Origin: Candidatus Pelagibacterales bacterium
Lineage (GTDB): Bacteria; Pseudomonadota; Alphaproteobacteria; Pelagibacterales; Pelagibacteraceae
NCBI GenBank assembly: GCA_004213215.1
Contig: SHAO01000001.1
Coordinates: forward strand, 687 to 64,686
DNA: 64,000 nucleotides
Reading direction: 5' to 3'
The position numbers and the translations under genes were made by a program. Of the stretch, positions 42,461-52,495 are shown piece after piece. How positions within the stretch are numbered: the first letter of the stretch is position 1; each line of letters starts with the position of its first letter. A model generated the notes under the pieces. That model did not search any database and was not told the DNA's origin. It saw only the letters and a program-made list of their open reading frames with translations.

Positions 42461-42952
42461 ATGAATATTATAGTAAAAAAACGCTTTCTGGAATACAAAG
42501 GTCATAAATTCAAGTGTAGCATTGGAAAATCAGGATATAGTTCGTCTAAAAAAGAAGGTGATTTAACAACACCAAGAGGTATTTTCAAACTTGGTGCAAT
42601 TTACTTTAGAAAAGACAGAATAAAATCAATAAAAACCAAAATAAAAAAAAAAATTATTAAAAAAAATATGGGGTGGTGCGATGATTCATTAAGTAAAGAA
42701 TATAACCAAGAAATAAAATTTCCTTATAAATATAGTGCAGAAAAACTTTTTAGAAAAGACAAATTTTATGATATTTTTATAAATGTAAAGTACAATCAAA
42801 ATCCAGCAAAAAAAAATAGAGGAAGCGCAATTTTTTTACACCTTACAAATGAAAAATATAAACCTACAAAAGGCTGTATAGCTATATTAAAAAAAAATTT
42901 TTTAAAAATTCTTCCACTAATTGACAAAAAAACAAAAATTTCAATTACTTAA
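42461..42952 (+). CDS. YkuD-fold L,D-transpeptidase-like protein (small, no obvious signal peptide)
   Basis: GSAIFLHL...PTKGCIAI resembles the His/Cys catalytic motif of the L,D-transpeptidase (YkuD) fold. Confidence 0.55.
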   Translation: MNIIVKKRFLEYKGHKFKCSIGKSGYSSSKKEGDLTTPRGIFKLGAIYFRKDRIKSIKTKIKKKIIKKNMGWCDDSLSKEYNQEIKFPYKYSAEKLFRKDKFYDIFINVKYNQNPAKKNRGSAIFLHLTNEKYKPTKGCIAILKKNFLKILPLIDKKTKISIT

Positions 42953-43613
42953 TTTTTCTCTCACCAAGAATTGCTGTACCAAGTCTTAAGTAACTAGACC
43001 CATTAACCACTGCATTTTCAAAATCAGAGCTCATACCCATGCTTAATTCTTTTAAATTTAATTTATCAGCTGCCTGCTTAAGAGTTTGAAAGTATTTATT
43101 AGAGTTTAAATTTATTGGAGGAAGACACATTAGTCCAATAATATTTAATAATAAATCTTTAGAACAATAGTTATAAAAATCATTTAACTCTTTTAATGTA
43201 ACACCAGATTTTTGAATTTCTTCTGCTAGGTTAACCTGAATAAACAACTTAGTTTTTTTATTTAATTCTTTTTCACTTTGACTTATTTTATTTGCTAATT
43301 TTTCATTATCTAAAGAATGAATAAAATTGAATAGCTTCACAGCCTTTTTAGCTTTATTTGATTGCAGATTGCCAACCATATGAAGCTGTATGTGCTTATT
43401 AAAATTTTTTATTTCTGACCACTTTACCTCAGCTTCTTGAAGTTTATTTTCACCAAAATGAATGTGCCCATTATCTAATAAGGGTTTAATTTTTTCTAAT
43501 GGAAAGGTTTTTGATACTACTATAATTGTAGGTTCAGTTTTAAGTTGTTTTTGATTAATTATTTCATTAACTTTATTTCTTATAAATGATAATTTTTGCA
43601 AACTTGAATGCAT
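42945..43613 (-). CDS. yggS: PLP homeostasis protein YggS
   Basis: VSKTFP (PLP lysine), HFGENKLQE and SMGMSSDFENAV motifs. Confidence 0.88.
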   Translation of the reverse strand: MHSSLQKLSFIRNKVNEIINQKQLKTEPTIIVVSKTFPLEKIKPLLDNGHIHFGENKLQEAEVKWSEIKNFNKHIQLHMVGNLQSNKAKKAVKLFNFIHSLDNEKLANKISQSEKELNKKTKLFIQVNLAEEIQKSGVTLKELNDFYNYCSKDLLLNIIGLMCLPPINLNSNKYFQTLKQAADKLNLKELSMGMSSDFENAVVNGSSYLRLGTAILGERKIK

Positions 43614-44186
43614 AAAACTTTTCCTAAATTTTTTGTTTTTCTAGATCAATACGATAGTCAAATTTTTAAAAACAATAACACAAATATTGGTATTATTTAT
43701 AGAAATTATAAAGCTAAAAAAAGAGAAATCGAACTAATTAAAATAGCTAAAGCGTGCAGAAAAAATAGAAATCAACTCTTTATTTCAAATGATATTAAAC
43801 TAGCTATTAAGTTTAAAGCTGAAGGTATTTATATTCCATCATTTAACAAAACAAAAAGTTTTAAAAATCTAGAAAAAAAGAATATTAAAATATTAGGATC
43901 AGCACATAATCAAAAAGAAATTAAAAAAAAAATTTTACAAAATTGTAAAATAATCTTTCTTTCTCCTATTTTTTATGTAGAAAAAACTAATACTTTTTTA
44001 GGCATACATAAGTTTAATTATTTGGTTCTAAACAACAAAACTAATATTTTTGCTCTTGGTGGAATTGCTCAGAATAACTTTCATAAACTTAAGCTATTAA
44101 ATATTAAGGGTTTCGCTGGGATTAGAATGTTCAAAAAAAAACCGGCCTTTAAAAGGCCGGTTTTTATAAAGAATAAATTCTTTTAA
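43608..44186 (+). CDS. Thiamine-phosphate synthase (ThiE/TenI)-like protein
   Basis: TIM-barrel-like pattern: IIYRNY, LFISNDIKLAIKFKAEGIYIP, ILGSAHN, IFLSPIF and FALGGI. Confidence 0.5.
   Translation: MHKTFPKFFVFLDQYDSQIFKNNNTNIGIIYRNYKAKKREIELIKIAKACRKNRNQLFISNDIKLAIKFKAEGIYIPSFNKTKSFKNLEKKNIKILGSAHNQKEIKKKILQNCKIIFLSPIFYVEKTNTFLGIHKFNYLVLNNKTNIFALGGIAQNNFHKLKLLNIKGFAGIRMFKKKPAFKRPVFIKNKFF
44133..44166. terminator. Bidirectional intrinsic terminator (AAAAAAAAA-CCGGCC-loop-GGCCGG-TTTTT)
   Basis: A G+C-only 6-bp stem, CCGGCC (44142-44147) with GGCCGG (44155-44160), has an A-run on one side and a T-run on the other. It sits between the convergent thiE-like and OMP genes and overlaps the last codons of the thiE-like ORF. 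Confidence 0.75.
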
Positions 44187-44189
44187 GTA

Positions 44190-44867
44190 TTAAAATTTAT
44201 ATCCAATTGACAAGTGTCCATAACCGACTAGTGGATTACCTTCTACAATGGCATTAGCGCTGCCACCAACTCCAGTAAGTGTAAATTGGTCATACTGTAT
44301 AGCACCAGCTTCTGTTTTGAAAAACAGACCATTTCCTGCTATCGTAGTAGTACCTATTCCCCACATATCTCCATCAATACCGCTTAGAGTAGCTGTAGTA
44401 TCACCTTCAGCTTTAAGATCTAAACTTGCTTGACCTAATTTTACATATATAGCCGAGTTATCAAAAATTGATATACTTGGTGCTATGTAATACCAGCTTG
44501 GGTCAGATCCCTTGATGTAGACTTCTGCATCGTTGTTACCATGGCCACCCTTAGATTTTGCTAAAGTACCTGTTCCTCCGCCACCATCTGCGTATCCAAT
44601 GGTAACAAAGAACGTATCTCCAAGAGGCAAGTTGACACCAACTTCATACCCTGCTGTTGGAGCAAATCCACCTATTGAACCTTTGGCAGCATCGTCTCCG
44701 TCACCAGTAGTATGTGTACCATCAATTACAGCAACATTCAGTTCAGCATGTCCAGCAACAAATATTCCACTAAAGTCACTTGAACCTGAAAATGAAGGTG
44801 TTGCAAACCCAGCGCTTACTAATAGAGCTAAAGTGTAGGAACAAATCTTATTTCGTAATTTTTTCAT
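44190..44867 (-). CDS. Small outer-membrane beta-barrel protein
   Basis: Signal peptide ...LALLVSAGFATPSFS, Gly/Thr-rich alternating strands, and a C-terminal ...SIGYKF (terminal Phe). Confidence 0.7.
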   Translation of the reverse strand: MKKLRNKICSYTLALLVSAGFATPSFSGSSDFSGIFVAGHAELNVAVIDGTHTTGDGDDAAKGSIGGFAPTAGYEVGVNLPLGDTFFVTIGYADGGGGTGTLAKSKGGHGNNDAEVYIKGSDPSWYYIAPSISIFDNSAIYVKLGQASLDLKAEGDTTATLSGIDGDMWGIGTTTIAGNGLFFKTEAGAIQYDQFTLTGVGGSANAIVEGNPLVGYGHLSIGYKF

Positions 44868-44891
44868 TTGTTATCCTTTCTCTATTAATTA

Positions 44892-45890
44892 TTAAAACGC
44901 TAGTGACACAGATAATACTGTATTATCTCTGTCGTATGCAGCTCCTGTGTTGTAGTCCATGTTATCAGCTTGACCTTCTGCTAATCTTATAGATGCTCCA
45001 CCCATAGAGTAAGCAATCTGGAAAGACGTAGCTTCTGCTGTAACATTTGTACTATTTGTTTGCTCTGATTCATAATGGTTGTAACCAACAGATAAATCAT
45101 CGTTTATAGCAAACGTTATACCGTAGCCATCGTTGTCATATTGTTGAGCTCCAGTAGTTGTACCAAGATCTTCTTCAGACCACTGGTAACCAACTGTAAG
45201 ACCACCAATTGCATACGTAGCGTATACAGTTTGTTCTTCAATGTCTCCAGCAGGAACGTTTCTGTTAGACATACCAGCACCAACTGTCAAACCTGACATG
45301 CCAGTTATAGCATCGCTAACAACTACAGTTACATCGTAACCATTACCATGGTTTCCTGATGCGTAACCTGAGTATCCTTTATCGTTACTAGCACTTCCTG
45401 TATGATCAGGTGTGTAAGCCACTCTAGCAGTGATACCATCTGGTAACATGTTAGGTGTCCATTCGATATTAGTACTTCCAGAAACACCACCAACTGTATT
45501 TATTCCAGTTGAAAGTCCTGTAGCATAAGCTTCTTCCCATACATTAGGTGTAACATCATCCATACGGTCAATACCTGAACCGCTAACACCATGACTTATT
45601 CTTAAGTCACCGATAGCTGGAATTGTTACTACTACGTTAGTGTTTGAATATGCCATTTGGTTTGTAGCTGCTATTGTAAGAGCAACACCCCAACCGTTAT
45701 CAAGCTCTCCAGAGCCAGATAAACTATAGTTAGAACCTATACCTATAGGGTTACCAGTGATCTCATCATCCATTGAGATCCATGTCATATCAACACCACC
45801 ACTTGCTGATAGTTCACCTGCATTAGCAGACGAAACTGCAGCTAGAGATCCGCAAAGAGCAGAAACTCCTAGTTTAGTTAATTTATTCAT
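44892..45890 (-). CDS. Porin-like outer-membrane beta-barrel protein
   Basis: I set the start at MNKLTKLGVSALCGSLAAVSSANA (M48 of the track ORF), which is preceded by a strong AAAAGGAG Shine-Dalgarno sequence. Alternating beta-strand pattern and C-terminal ...SVSLAF. Confidence 0.75.
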   Translation of the reverse strand: MNKLTKLGVSALCGSLAAVSSANAGELSASGGVDMTWISMDDEITGNPIGIGSNYSLSGSGELDNGWGVALTIAATNQMAYSNTNVVVTIPAIGDLRISHGVSGSGIDRMDDVTPNVWEEAYATGLSTGINTVGGVSGSTNIEWTPNMLPDGITARVAYTPDHTGSASNDKGYSGYASGNHGNGYDVTVVVSDAITGMSGLTVGAGMSNRNVPAGDIEEQTVYATYAIGGLTVGYQWSEEDLGTTTGAQQYDNDGYGITFAINDDLSVGYNHYESEQTNSTNVTAEATSFQIAYSMGGASIRLAEGQADNMDYNTGAAYDRDNTVLSVSLAF

Positions 45891-46115
45891 AATTATATTC
45901 TCCTTTTTATTATTATTATTCATATGAATGGTCGTAAAATAACACTCCAAACACTCAAAAAAATTTAAAAATCCATATAATACAGTTATTTTTGCAATAT
46001 GTGGTATTATTACAACACTTATAATAACCATTAAATAAATAGCGTTTTTATTAAGTTTTTTGCATTTTTTAAAGTAATTTCCAAATGATAATTAATGTAT
46101 TAAATATATAAAGGT

Positions 46116-46712
46116 ATGAATTTTTTAAAATATACAACCAAGAATATATTAATTTTTTTAATTGGATTTATTTTTCTAAGTTTTTTAAATTCTTGTGGGG
46201 GCATTGGAAAAATTTGGGATCCAGCTGATGCTAGAAAAGTTCCTGCAAATGTAAACGAAAGAGTTCAAAAAAACCTCGAAGAAGGTAAAGGATTTTCATT
46301 AAATAAAAAAGTAAAGGACGGAAGAGGTGGAACGAGCTATCAGTTCGCAACTTCCAATTCAATGTGGAGAGCAACATTAGAAATACTTGATTTTCTTCCT
46401 CTTGCAAATGTTGATTATTCTGGAGGAATCATAACTACAGATTGGTACAATGAGGGAACTGCAGCAGATGAATCTATTAAAATTACAGTAAGATTTTTAA
46501 CTAATGAAATAAGATCAGATGGACTTAAAATAATTGTTCATAAAAGAAAGTGTAATACTCAACAAAAATGTGTAGTAAAAAAAATATCTTCAGCATTAGA
46601 ACAAGAACTTCAAAGTGCAATTCTTAGAAAAGCAGTTGTTTTTCAAAAAGAGGTTAAAGAAAAAGGACCAAAATATAAAAGATTAAAAAGCCAAAAAGCA
46701 GTTCAAGAATAG
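46116..46712 (+). CDS. Lipoprotein (DUF3576-like) preceding leuS
   Basis: Lipobox FLNSCGG. A conserved small lipoprotein is commonly found upstream of leuS in Alphaproteobacteria. The family assignment is from memory. Confidence 0.5.
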   Translation: MNFLKYTTKNILIFLIGFIFLSFLNSCGGIGKIWDPADARKVPANVNERVQKNLEEGKGFSLNKKVKDGRGGTSYQFATSNSMWRATLEILDFLPLANVDYSGGIITTDWYNEGTAADESIKITVRFLTNEIRSDGLKIIVHKRKCNTQQKCVVKKISSALEQELQSAILRKAVVFQKEVKEKGPKYKRLKSQKAVQE

Positions 46713-46714
46713 TG

Positions 46715-46736
46715 ATACTGATGACAGTATTTTATT
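46715..46736 (+). terminator. Weak hairpin ATACTG-ATGA-CAGTAT followed by TTTATT
   Basis: It starts 3 nt after the lipoprotein stop codon. The stem is short and AT-rich. Confidence 0.3.
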
Positions 46737-46814
46737 ACAAACTTCAAGATAAAAATTGGAAATTTTAAAAAATATTAAGATATATTTTATAAAAAATATA
46801 AAAATGTATTCTTT

Positions 46815-49355
46815 ATGGAACGATACAATATAAAAATTGTTGAAAAAAAATGGCAAAATATTTGGGCGTCAAAAAAATCTGATTCTGCTACTTTAAACAA
46901 AAGCAAAAAGAAATTTTATTGTTTAGAAATGTTTCCATACCCATCAGGTAAAATTCATATGGGACATGTGAGAAATTATACAATTGGGGATGCTCTAGCA
47001 CGTTATAAAAAGCTCAAAGGTTTTAATGTTTTGCATCCAATGGGATGGGACTCGTTTGGATTACCTGCAGAAAATGCAGCTCGTGAAAATAATTTACATC
47101 CAAAAGATTGGACTAAAAAAAATATTGAAAGTATGAAAAAACAGTTAAAACTACTTGGTTTATCATTAGATTGGGATAGGGAAATATCTACCTGTGATCC
47201 AGAGTATTACAAGCATCAACAAGAATTTTTTATAGAATTATTTAAAAAAAAATTAGTTTACAAAAAAGATACATATGTAAATTGGGATCCAGCTGAACAA
47301 ACTGTTCTAGCAAATGAACAAGTAATTGATGGAAGAGGTTGGAGATCAGGAGTTGTTGTAGAAAGAAAAAAACTTTCTCAATGGTTTTTTAATATCAAAA
47401 AATTTTCCCAAAATTTATTAGATGAGCTAGAAAAGTTAAATAATTGGCCTAGTAAAGTTAAGCTTATGCAAAAAAATTGGATAGGAAAATCTTTTGGGTG
47501 TGAAATAAATTTTCAAATCGACAAAGAAAATAATAAAGAAAAAATAAAAGTTTTTACAACAAGACCAGATACTATATTTGGTGCTTCGTTTATTGCACTT
47601 TCTATTGATCATCCGATTGCAAAAAATTTTGAAAAAAATAAAGATTTTATTAAATTTAAATTAGATTGTTCAAAAACTGGAACTACAGAAGAAGCTTTAG
47701 CTCTTGCTGAAAAAATTGGTTTTAATACTAATTTATTTGCATTACATCCTTTTAAAAAAGAAACCAGATTACCAATTTACATTGCAAATTTTGTTTTAAT
47801 GGACTATGGAACTGGTGCCATTTTTGGATGCCCCGCACACGACCAGAGAGACTTAGATTTTGCTAATAAATATAAGCTCAATGTTTTACCGGTAGTAAAA
47901 CCCAAAAAAGTTGACCCAAAAAAATTTAAAATAGATATTGAAGCTTATACTGAAGATGGAATTCTATTTAACTCTGACTTTTTAAATAATTTAACAGTTA
48001 GTGAGGCCATTGAAAAAGCAGTAGATGTTATAACAAAAAATAATTTTGGAGAAAAAAAAATAACTTTTCGACTTAAAGATTGGGGTGTTTCAAGACAAAG
48101 ATATTGGGGGTGTCCTATTCCAATAGTATATAACGAAAAGGGAGAAGCGTTAATAGTTGATAAAAAAGATTTACCAATTCTGCTTCCAGAAAATGTTGAT
48201 TTAAATGTTAAAGGAAATCCACTTGAAAAACATCCTACATGGAAATTTACTAAACTTGCATCTGGTGAAAAAGCTATTAGAGAAACCGATACACTTGATA
48301 CATTCGTAGATTCTTCGTGGTATTTTTTGAGATTTTGTTCTCCAAAAGATAAAGAATATGGATACAAAATTGAGGACATAAATTATTGGATGCCAGTTGA
48401 CCAGTATATTGGTGGTGTTGAGCATGCGATTTTACACTTACTTTATTCAAGATTTTTTATGCGTGCTTTAGCATTTGAAAATAAAAATTTCAATTTTATC
48501 GAACCATTTGAAAGTCTATTTACTCAAGGAATGGTGTGTCATGAAACTTATAAAGATGAAAATAATAAATGGCTATATCCTGATGAGATAGAAAAAAATT
48601 CCAAAGGTTATTTTGTAACAAAAAAGGAAAAAAAGAAAGTAACTGTAGGCCCATCAGAGTCTATGTCTAAATCTAAAAAAAATACAGTAGATCCAGAAGA
48701 AATGATAAATATGTATGGCGCGGACTCAATTAGGTGGTTTATGTTATCAGATAGTCCTCCTGAAAGAGATGTACAATGGTCACAGGAAGGAGTTTCTGCA
48801 GCTTTCAAATTTATTCAAAAGCTTTGGAAATTAAATAATGAGGTATTAGTAAAAAAAGATACAACTTTAGGATCTGGAGATGCTGTTTTAAAAAAAGCTG
48901 TTAACAAAACTGTTTATAACGTAACCAAAAACTTAGATAATTTCCAATACAACGTAGTTATAGCTAACATGCACGAAATATATAATATATTTTATGATCA
49001 TGTTATTAATAATAAAGCTTCAAGTAAAACACTAAAAGATGAATGGGAAAAAATAACAATGTTATTAATGCCAATTACTCCACATTTAGCTCATGAGTGT
49101 TGCGAAAAAATAAATAAAAAATTTTATTGGCCTAAATTTGATTCAAAACTTTTAAAAGAAGAAAATTGTACTATTGTAATTCAAGTAGATGGCAGAAAAA
49201 GAGGTATATTAGAAATGCCAGTAAATTCAGAAGAAGAAACAGTAATTAATAAATCTAGAAAAATTGATAATGTTTCAAAGAATATATCAAATGCTAAAAT
49301 AGTAAAAAGTATTTATATTAAAAACAGATTATTAAACTTTATAACAAAAAAATGA
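46815..49355 (+). CDS. leuS: Leucine--tRNA ligase
   Basis: MERYN...KWQ N-terminus, HMGHVRNY (HIGH) and SMSKSKKN (KMSKS). Confidence 0.97.
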   Translation: MERYNIKIVEKKWQNIWASKKSDSATLNKSKKKFYCLEMFPYPSGKIHMGHVRNYTIGDALARYKKLKGFNVLHPMGWDSFGLPAENAARENNLHPKDWTKKNIESMKKQLKLLGLSLDWDREISTCDPEYYKHQQEFFIELFKKKLVYKKDTYVNWDPAEQTVLANEQVIDGRGWRSGVVVERKKLSQWFFNIKKFSQNLLDELEKLNNWPSKVKLMQKNWIGKSFGCEINFQIDKENNKEKIKVFTTRPDTIFGASFIALSIDHPIAKNFEKNKDFIKFKLDCSKTGTTEEALALAEKIGFNTNLFALHPFKKETRLPIYIANFVLMDYGTGAIFGCPAHDQRDLDFANKYKLNVLPVVKPKKVDPKKFKIDIEAYTEDGILFNSDFLNNLTVSEAIEKAVDVITKNNFGEKKITFRLKDWGVSRQRYWGCPIPIVYNEKGEALIVDKKDLPILLPENVDLNVKGNPLEKHPTWKFTKLASGEKAIRETDTLDTFVDSSWYFLRFCSPKDKEYGYKIEDINYWMPVDQYIGGVEHAILHLLYSRFFMRALAFENKNFNFIEPFESLFTQGMVCHETYKDENNKWLYPDEIEKNSKGYFVTKKEKKKVTVGPSESMSKSKKNTVDPEEMINMYGADSIRWFMLSDSPPERDVQWSQEGVSAAFKFIQKLWKLNNEVLVKKDTTLGSGDAVLKKAVNKTVYNVTKNLDNFQYNVVIANMHEIYNIFYDHVINNKASSKTLKDEWEKITMLLMPITPHLAHECCEKINKKFYWPKFDSKLLKEENCTIVIQVDGRKRGILEMPVNSEEETVINKSRKIDNVSKNISNAKIVKSIYIKNRLLNFITKK

Positions 49356-49840
49356 AAAAAATATCATATTTATTAATCTCATTTATTCTATTAATAAAGA
49401 TCAGTTCTTGTGCTGGGTATCAACCTATATTTGGATCAACAAATTTTGAATTTAAAATTTCAGATTATTCAATATCGGGCAACAAGGAAATAGGTAATCA
49501 AATTTATTCCAGATTAAATAATTTGTCGAAATCATCAAAAAATAGTTCTGAAACAAAAAATGTTTATTTATTTATTAACGCATCAAAGAATAAAAGTCCT
49601 ACTGCTAAAGATAGTGCTGGAAAAGTTTTAAGTTATAGAACCAGCTTATCTACAACTATAATAGTAAAAAATATTATAACTGGAAATGAAATAATAAATG
49701 AAAACTTCTATTATTCATCGGTGTATAAGGCGCAGGATCAATTTTCTGAAACAGTAAAATTAGAAAATAAAAATATTAAAAATTTTATAGATAAAACATA
49801 TCAAGATTTTTTATTAAAACTTACGGAAAATCTTTTATAA
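49352..49840 (+). CDS. lptE: LPS-assembly lipoprotein LptE
   Basis: Lipobox ISSCAG, the expected size, and the leuS-lptE-holA position with an overlapping start. Confidence 0.6.
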   Translation: MKKISYLLISFILLIKISSCAGYQPIFGSTNFEFKISDYSISGNKEIGNQIYSRLNNLSKSSKNSSETKNVYLFINASKNKSPTAKDSAGKVLSYRTSLSTTIIVKNIITGNEIINENFYYSSVYKAQDQFSETVKLENKNIKNFIDKTYQDFLLKLTENLL

Positions 49841-49842
49841 AA

Positions 49843-50862
49843 ATGATAGTCAAAAGTTATGAAGCACAAAAAAATAAATTAAATTTATCTAAATATAATT
49901 TTTTTTTATTATATGGCGAAAACTTTGGTTTAAAAAAAGATATAAGAGATATAATTAAAATTGCAGTTAAGCAAAAAAACGATAATCTTGAAGTACTTTC
50001 AGTTTATGAAAATGAGATACTGGATAATGAGGAAAGTTTTTATAACTCTATTTATTCTGGGTCATTATTTAGTAATAAAAAAATAATAACTATTTTTGAT
50101 GCAACTGATAAAATAATAAAAAAAATAGATGATATTTTTGACGAAAATACAGAAAATGTATATTTAGTAATTTTTTCAGGAATATTAGATAAAAAATCTA
50201 AATTGAGAAACTTTTTTGAAACTAATAAAAAAACAATTTGTATTCCTTGTTATTTGGATACTTCTAGAGATTTAGAAATTATTGCACAATCTGAATTTAG
50301 AGAAAATAATATTTCAGTATCACGTGAAGTTATAAACTTACTAGTAGAAAAAGCTAATTCAGACCGAAGTAATTTAAAAAATGAAATTGAAAAGATTAAA
50401 GCTTATTCTCTAAATAAAAAAGAATTAGGACTTAATGAAATAAAATCTTTAATAAATTTTTCTGGAGATTATAAGTCTGATATTCTAGTAAATGAATGTT
50501 TATGTGGTAACGTACCACAATACAAAAAAATTATATCTGAATTGTATATTAATACAGTTAATCAAATACTATTGCTAAGAATCTTAAGTAATAAGGTACA
50601 GCGCCTACTTAATATTAAAAAACAAGAGGATAAATCGAATAACATAGATAATCTTATTAACAATGCCAGACCTGCAATTTTTTGGAAAGATAAGGAGCTG
50701 GTAAAAAAACAATTGTCCATATGGAATTTGCATGAACTTAAAAAAATTATTAGTGGGATAAATAATACTGAATATTTATGTAAAAAGAACCCTCAAGCTT
50801 CAAAAGTTATTTTTTTTAATTTCTTTTTAAAAATTTGTACTAAAGCTAATAATTTTGCTTAA
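49843..50862 (+). CDS. holA: DNA polymerase III delta subunit
   Basis: Size and the conserved position after lptE. N-terminal pattern FLLYGEN... Assigned mostly by synteny. Confidence 0.7.
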   Translation: MIVKSYEAQKNKLNLSKYNFFLLYGENFGLKKDIRDIIKIAVKQKNDNLEVLSVYENEILDNEESFYNSIYSGSLFSNKKIITIFDATDKIIKKIDDIFDENTENVYLVIFSGILDKKSKLRNFFETNKKTICIPCYLDTSRDLEIIAQSEFRENNISVSREVINLLVEKANSDRSNLKNEIEKIKAYSLNKKELGLNEIKSLINFSGDYKSDILVNECLCGNVPQYKKIISELYINTVNQILLLRILSNKVQRLLNIKKQEDKSNNIDNLINNARPAIFWKDKELVKKQLSIWNLHELKKIISGINNTEYLCKKNPQASKVIFFNFFLKICTKANNFA

Positions 50863-51694
50863 TAATATTTATTAATTTATCTAGCTGGTCCAAATCCCTA
50901 TACTCAAAGGAAATTATTCCAGAATTATTTTTTTTATTATTGATAGAAATATTTAAACCAGTTTTTTCTTCTAAATCTTTTTGCAAAGCAAGAATATTTG
51001 TATCTTTTTTTGATATTAATTTAAATTTTTTATCTCTAAATTGCTTAACTAAAACTTCTGACTGCCTGACAGAAAGTTTTTTTTGCATTATACTTTTTGC
51101 TATATCAACCGAATTATTTAATCCAATAAGGGTTCTCGCATGACCAGCTGATAGATTTCCTTTTTCTACAAACAAGAGCACTTCCTGAGGAAGAGATAAT
51201 AGTCTTAGGGAATTAGCTATATAACTTCTGCTTTTACCAATAAATTGGGATAATTTTTCTTGATTATAATTAAAGTCATCAATTAGTTTTTGATATCCTC
51301 TTGCTTCTTCGATTGGATTTAAATCCTGTCTTTGTACATTTTCAACAATAGCAAATTCTAATGACTTAACATCATCTACATCTAAAATAACTACTGGCAC
51401 CTCATGTAGACCTGCGTTTTGAGAAGCTAACCATCTACGCTCACCTGCTATAATTTCAAATTTTCCAGTTGATGACTTATTAGGTCGAACAACAATAGGC
51501 TGTATAACACCTTGTTCTTTAATTGAATTGGTTAAATCCAACAAACTTTCTTTATCAAAATGTTTTCTTGGCTGAAATTGATTTCTAGTTAGATCATTTA
51601 TTAAAACTTTATTAACATTAATTTTTTTTGAAGTATCACCCAGCAAAGATGATAGTCCGCGACCCAAACCTTTCTTTAATCGACTTTCAATCAT
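50846..51694 (-). CDS. parB: Chromosome partitioning protein ParB
   Basis: GLGRGLSSLL, IIAGERRWLAS and an HTH region. Its 3' end overlaps the holA 3' end by 17 nt. Confidence 0.93.
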   Translation of the reverse strand: MIESRLKKGLGRGLSSLLGDTSKKINVNKVLINDLTRNQFQPRKHFDKESLLDLTNSIKEQGVIQPIVVRPNKSSTGKFEIIAGERRWLASQNAGLHEVPVVILDVDDVKSLEFAIVENVQRQDLNPIEEARGYQKLIDDFNYNQEKLSQFIGKSRSYIANSLRLLSLPQEVLLFVEKGNLSAGHARTLIGLNNSVDIAKSIMQKKLSVRQSEVLVKQFRDKKFKLISKKDTNILALQKDLEEKTGLNISINNKKNNSGIISFEYRDLDQLDKLINIIKQNY

Positions 51695-52494
51695 TATGCT
51701 GCACTTTCCATAATATTTTCTTGTTCTAAAAATTCATCTGTAAAACGCAGGTATGATTTGCTTCCAGAACATGTTTTATCATAAATTAATACAGGTTTTC
51801 CATGCGAAGGTGCCTCTGACAGTCTAACATTTCTAGGAATAACAGCTTGATACACTTTATTTTTAAAAAATTTTCTAGCTTCTGAATCCACCTGTGATGA
51901 AAGTTTATTTCTTTTATCAAACATAGTTAAAAGCACCCCCCTAATATAAAGTTCAGGATTTAATTTTATTTTAATTCTGTCTATAGTTTTTATTAATTGG
52001 CTCAAACCTTCTAACGCAAAAAATTCAGCTTGTAGAGGAACAATTAGAGACTTCGCAACAACGAGAGCCATGACAGTCAGTAGATTTAACGAAGGTGGAC
52101 AATCTATAAAAATATAAGAAAAATCATTTTTTTCACTAGCAATAAATTCTTTAATTTTATCTTTTAATAAAAAAGCTCGTCTCGTCTCATTAGCTGTTTC
52201 GACTTCTAAACCTGACAAATCAACATTTGATGAGACTATTTTTAAGTTATCTATTTTTGTGTTTTTAATAGATTCTTCAAAAGAACAATTGCCATTTAAC
52301 ACATCGTAAACTGTCTTCCCAATACCCTCATCTAACAAACCAAACCCTGTTGTGGCATTTCCTTGTGGGTCCAAATCAATAACTAAAACCTTTTTATTTT
52401 TAAATGAAAGTGCAGTAGCTAAGTTAATAACAGTAGTGGTTTTGCCTACTCCACCCTTTTGATTTATGACAGAAATAATTTGAGTATTTATCAA
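51694..52494 (-). CDS. parA: Chromosome partitioning ATPase ParA
   Basis: Deviant Walker A NQKGGVGKTTT and DCPPSL. Confidence 0.93.
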   Translation of the reverse strand: MINTQIISVINQKGGVGKTTTVINLATALSFKNKKVLVIDLDPQGNATTGFGLLDEGIGKTVYDVLNGNCSFEESIKNTKIDNLKIVSSNVDLSGLEVETANETRRAFLLKDKIKEFIASEKNDFSYIFIDCPPSLNLLTVMALVVAKSLIVPLQAEFFALEGLSQLIKTIDRIKIKLNPELYIRGVLLTMFDKRNKLSSQVDSEARKFFKNKVYQAVIPRNVRLSEAPSHGKPVLIYDKTCSGSKSYLRFTDEFLEQENIMESAA

Positions 52495-52495
52495 T

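Noticed and set aside
44248-44992. ORFs 44248..44433, 44533..44838 (Pro-rich, 101 aa) and 44780..44992, antisense to the OMP genes.
   Set aside because: The OMP genes use Gly/Thr/Ala codons that keep the antisense frames free of stop codons. The sense-strand proteins have a signal peptide, beta-strand periodicity and a C-terminal Phe, so the antisense frames are artefacts.
45891-46031. A 47-codon N-terminal extension of the porin ORF (MVIISVVIIPHIAKITVLYGF...).
   Set aside because: A classic signal peptide begins at the internal Met (45890) and is preceded by a strong AAAAGGAG Shine-Dalgarno sequence. The extension has no such signal and would bury the signal peptide.
46721-46768. A 15-codon upstream ORF (MTVFYYKLQDKNWKF) in the leuS leader, as a possible leader peptide.
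   Set aside because: It has no run of Leu codons, no Shine-Dalgarno sequence, and no alternative terminator/antiterminator structures that I could see.
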